Shown piece after piece: positions 45,337 to 46,772 of a stretch of DNA of 46,772 bases (position 1 is its first letter; every line of letters begins with the position of its first letter). The notes beneath the pieces were generated by a model. It was not told where the DNA came from and did not search any database. It worked only from the letters and a program-made list of their open reading frames with translations. This DNA comes from Gemmatimonadota bacterium. Lineage in GTDB: Bacteria > Gemmatimonadota > Gemmatimonadetes > Palauibacterales > KS3-K002. Location: contig JBDHHZ010000017.1 of the NCBI GenBank assembly GCA_039589115.1, positions 1-46,772 on the forward strand, in the 5' to 3' direction. The position numbers and the translations under genes were made by a program.

Positions 45337-46392
45337 CTAGCCGATCGGCTCGCCCATCTGTGCCAGCTGAGCGACGAACTGGAGCATCCCCTCCATCCAC
45401 TCGCTGAGTTCGCCCATCGCCTCGAAAACCTGTTCGAGCGCAGCGAGCTCGGCAGCTGTCAGCGGATCGCCCTCGGCGTTGGTGATCGTAAGTTCGCCCT
45501 CGAGCGAGCCCTCGATGATGGCGACCGTCTCGCCGTTGATGGTGATGCCGCTGCCCGCAACGATCGTGTCTTCCACGAGATTCAAGCTGAAGACGATCGT
45601 GTTCGTTCCGTCGGTGAACGCCACCTCGACTTCGAGGCCGGACTCGGAGTAGGTCATGCTCCAGGAGGCTTCGAAATTGCCGTATTCCAGCCCGAACTCG
45701 AAGGTGTAGGCCATCGGCCCTTCGCTGGCGTACATGTTGTACAGCAGCTGCTCGGTGCCGTCGGAGAGGAAGCCGTCGATGTTGATCCAGGCGCTCGTCT
45801 CGCCGAAGTTCCCCGTGATAGTCGCGGAGATCAGCGTGACATCACCGACCACCGCCGCCATGGATATGTTGATCGATGGCCACGAGCTGGCGTCGGCGAT
45901 TTCGAGGTAGCCGATCTCGTTTTCGGAAACCGGAGTTAGGGGCTCACCGGTGCTCGGGTTGACGGCGTAGAGCATGAAGCGCACGCCGTTGAGCGGAGCG
46001 CCGGGGAGCTCGCTCGGTACATAACCCTCTTCCTGGTCATCCCATACGAAGGTCACACCCTCGAAGATTTCCGGGATGTTGGCTGCTGCGCGGTACACCG
46101 GGTTGCCGAGCAGGTGGCGCGGGATCGGACCCGCTTCGGCGGGCGGGCCAGCACTGAGTGGCGGCATTCCGCCACCGAGCGCCATGGCTATGGCATCGCC
46201 GAAGACCTCCAGGCTCATCGCGGCGTCGTTCCCCTCGAGGAAATCCGCGACCAGCTCGTCAACGATGTCCGCGGTGCTCTCGGGGTCGAGCTGGATTGTG
46301 GGCTCCGTGGTGTCCTCGCACGCCGAGAAGAAACTCAGCACCAAGGCGGTCACGGCGACACGGGTCAGCCAGAACGGTCTCGCTGTCTTCAC
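45337..46392 (-). CDS. Acidic hypothetical lipoprotein
   Basis: GTG 46392 with GGGAGG RBS; lipobox FSA-C; beta-rich and E/D-rich. Confidence 0.78.
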   Translation of the reverse strand: MKTARPFWLTRVAVTALVLSFFSACEDTTEPTIQLDPESTADIVDELVADFLEGNDAAMSLEVFGDAIAMALGGGMPPLSAGPPAEAGPIPRHLLGNPVYRAAANIPEIFEGVTFVWDDQEEGYVPSELPGAPLNGVRFMLYAVNPSTGEPLTPVSENEIGYLEIADASSWPSINISMAAVVGDVTLISATITGNFGETSAWINIDGFLSDGTEQLLYNMYASEGPMAYTFEFGLEYGNFEASWSMTYSESGLEVEVAFTDGTNTIVFSLNLVEDTIVAGSGITINGETVAIIEGSLEGELTITNAEGDPLTAAELAALEQVFEAMGELSEWMEGMLQFVAQLAQMGEPIG

Positions 46393-46663
46393 ACTTGCCT
46401 CCCTTGATTTGTGGTTGGGCGGGGTGGAGCGGGGGCGCGCTCGATAGGACAGGCTATCGGTAAAGGGCTTTGGCCAGGGAATCATGTGCCGCGACAGCGG
46501 CGCCGGGGAGATGGCAAACTCCAAGCTATCGAAAACCGTGATTCGCGCAAGGCTTTGTCATTGGCCCCTTTGCAGGGCTGGAGAGGCCGGGCAACGTTTC
46601 GCGTTCCCCAATTGTCATTGTATGTGAGGCCCCAGAGACATCTCACCATGAAAGACTAGCCGA

Positions 46664-46772
46664 GTGCAAGAGCTCTCCAGAAAGCTCCGGCTCTTTCCGG
46701 CCACGAATATCGTGGTCGCCGACATGATAGGAGTCGGGATCTTCACGACTTCAGGGCTGTTGCTGGGAGAAT
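46664..46772 (+). CDS. APC-family amino acid permease, 5' fragment (truncated by the window edge)
   Basis: Manual translation MQELSRKLRLFPATNIVVADMIGVGIFTTSGLLLGE matches the APC TM1 pattern; the exact start is uncertain. Confidence 0.8.
   Translation, partial: MQELSRKLRLFPATNIVVADMIGVGIFTTSGLLLGE

Overview
GC-rich bacterial chromosome segment with no rRNA, tRNA, CRISPR array or transposase that I can see. The gene content (four ADOP/MacB-type permeases with PadR, a BTAD-TM-TPR regulator, BlaI with an M56-HEAT sensor, a DUF5916-like barrel) suggests Gemmatimonadota or Acidobacteriota; this is inference only. (1) 1-8.7 kb, minus strand: a respiratory operon with a duplicated tetraheme lipoprotein interrupted by a 100-bp deletion, a QrcABCD/ACIII-like core (pentaheme cytochrome, Tat MopB-fold subunit, 4Fe-4S protein, NrfD) and two paralogous multi-domain 'MWNH' cytochromes c, one missing from the ORF track. 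It is preceded by a sigma54 promoter with IHF-like and UAS-like sites and faces a divergent REC/histidine kinase/NtrC-family system. (2) 12.9-22 kb: a permease with its own sigma54 motif, an outer-membrane barrel, a serine hydrolase, a BTAD regulator, an NTF2-like protein and an amidohydrolase. (3) 22-28 kb: a GntR(YtrA)-SPFH-lipoprotein operon, then a Trp-rich protein coupled to a PEMT-PAP2-Lgt triple-fusion membrane enzyme. (4) 28-37.6 kb: PadR, three permeases and a methyltransferase. (5) 37.8-43.4 kb: a BlaI / M56-HEAT sensor / exported HEAT paralog / OM barrel operon in which the putative BlaI operator recurs inside the first codons of both downstream genes. (6) arfB, a methyltransferase, a lipoprotein and a partial APC permease. 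Three intergenic 150-175 bp palindromes built of CGACANN heptamers form a distinct repeat family. All family assignments come from reading motifs by eye; no searches were run.
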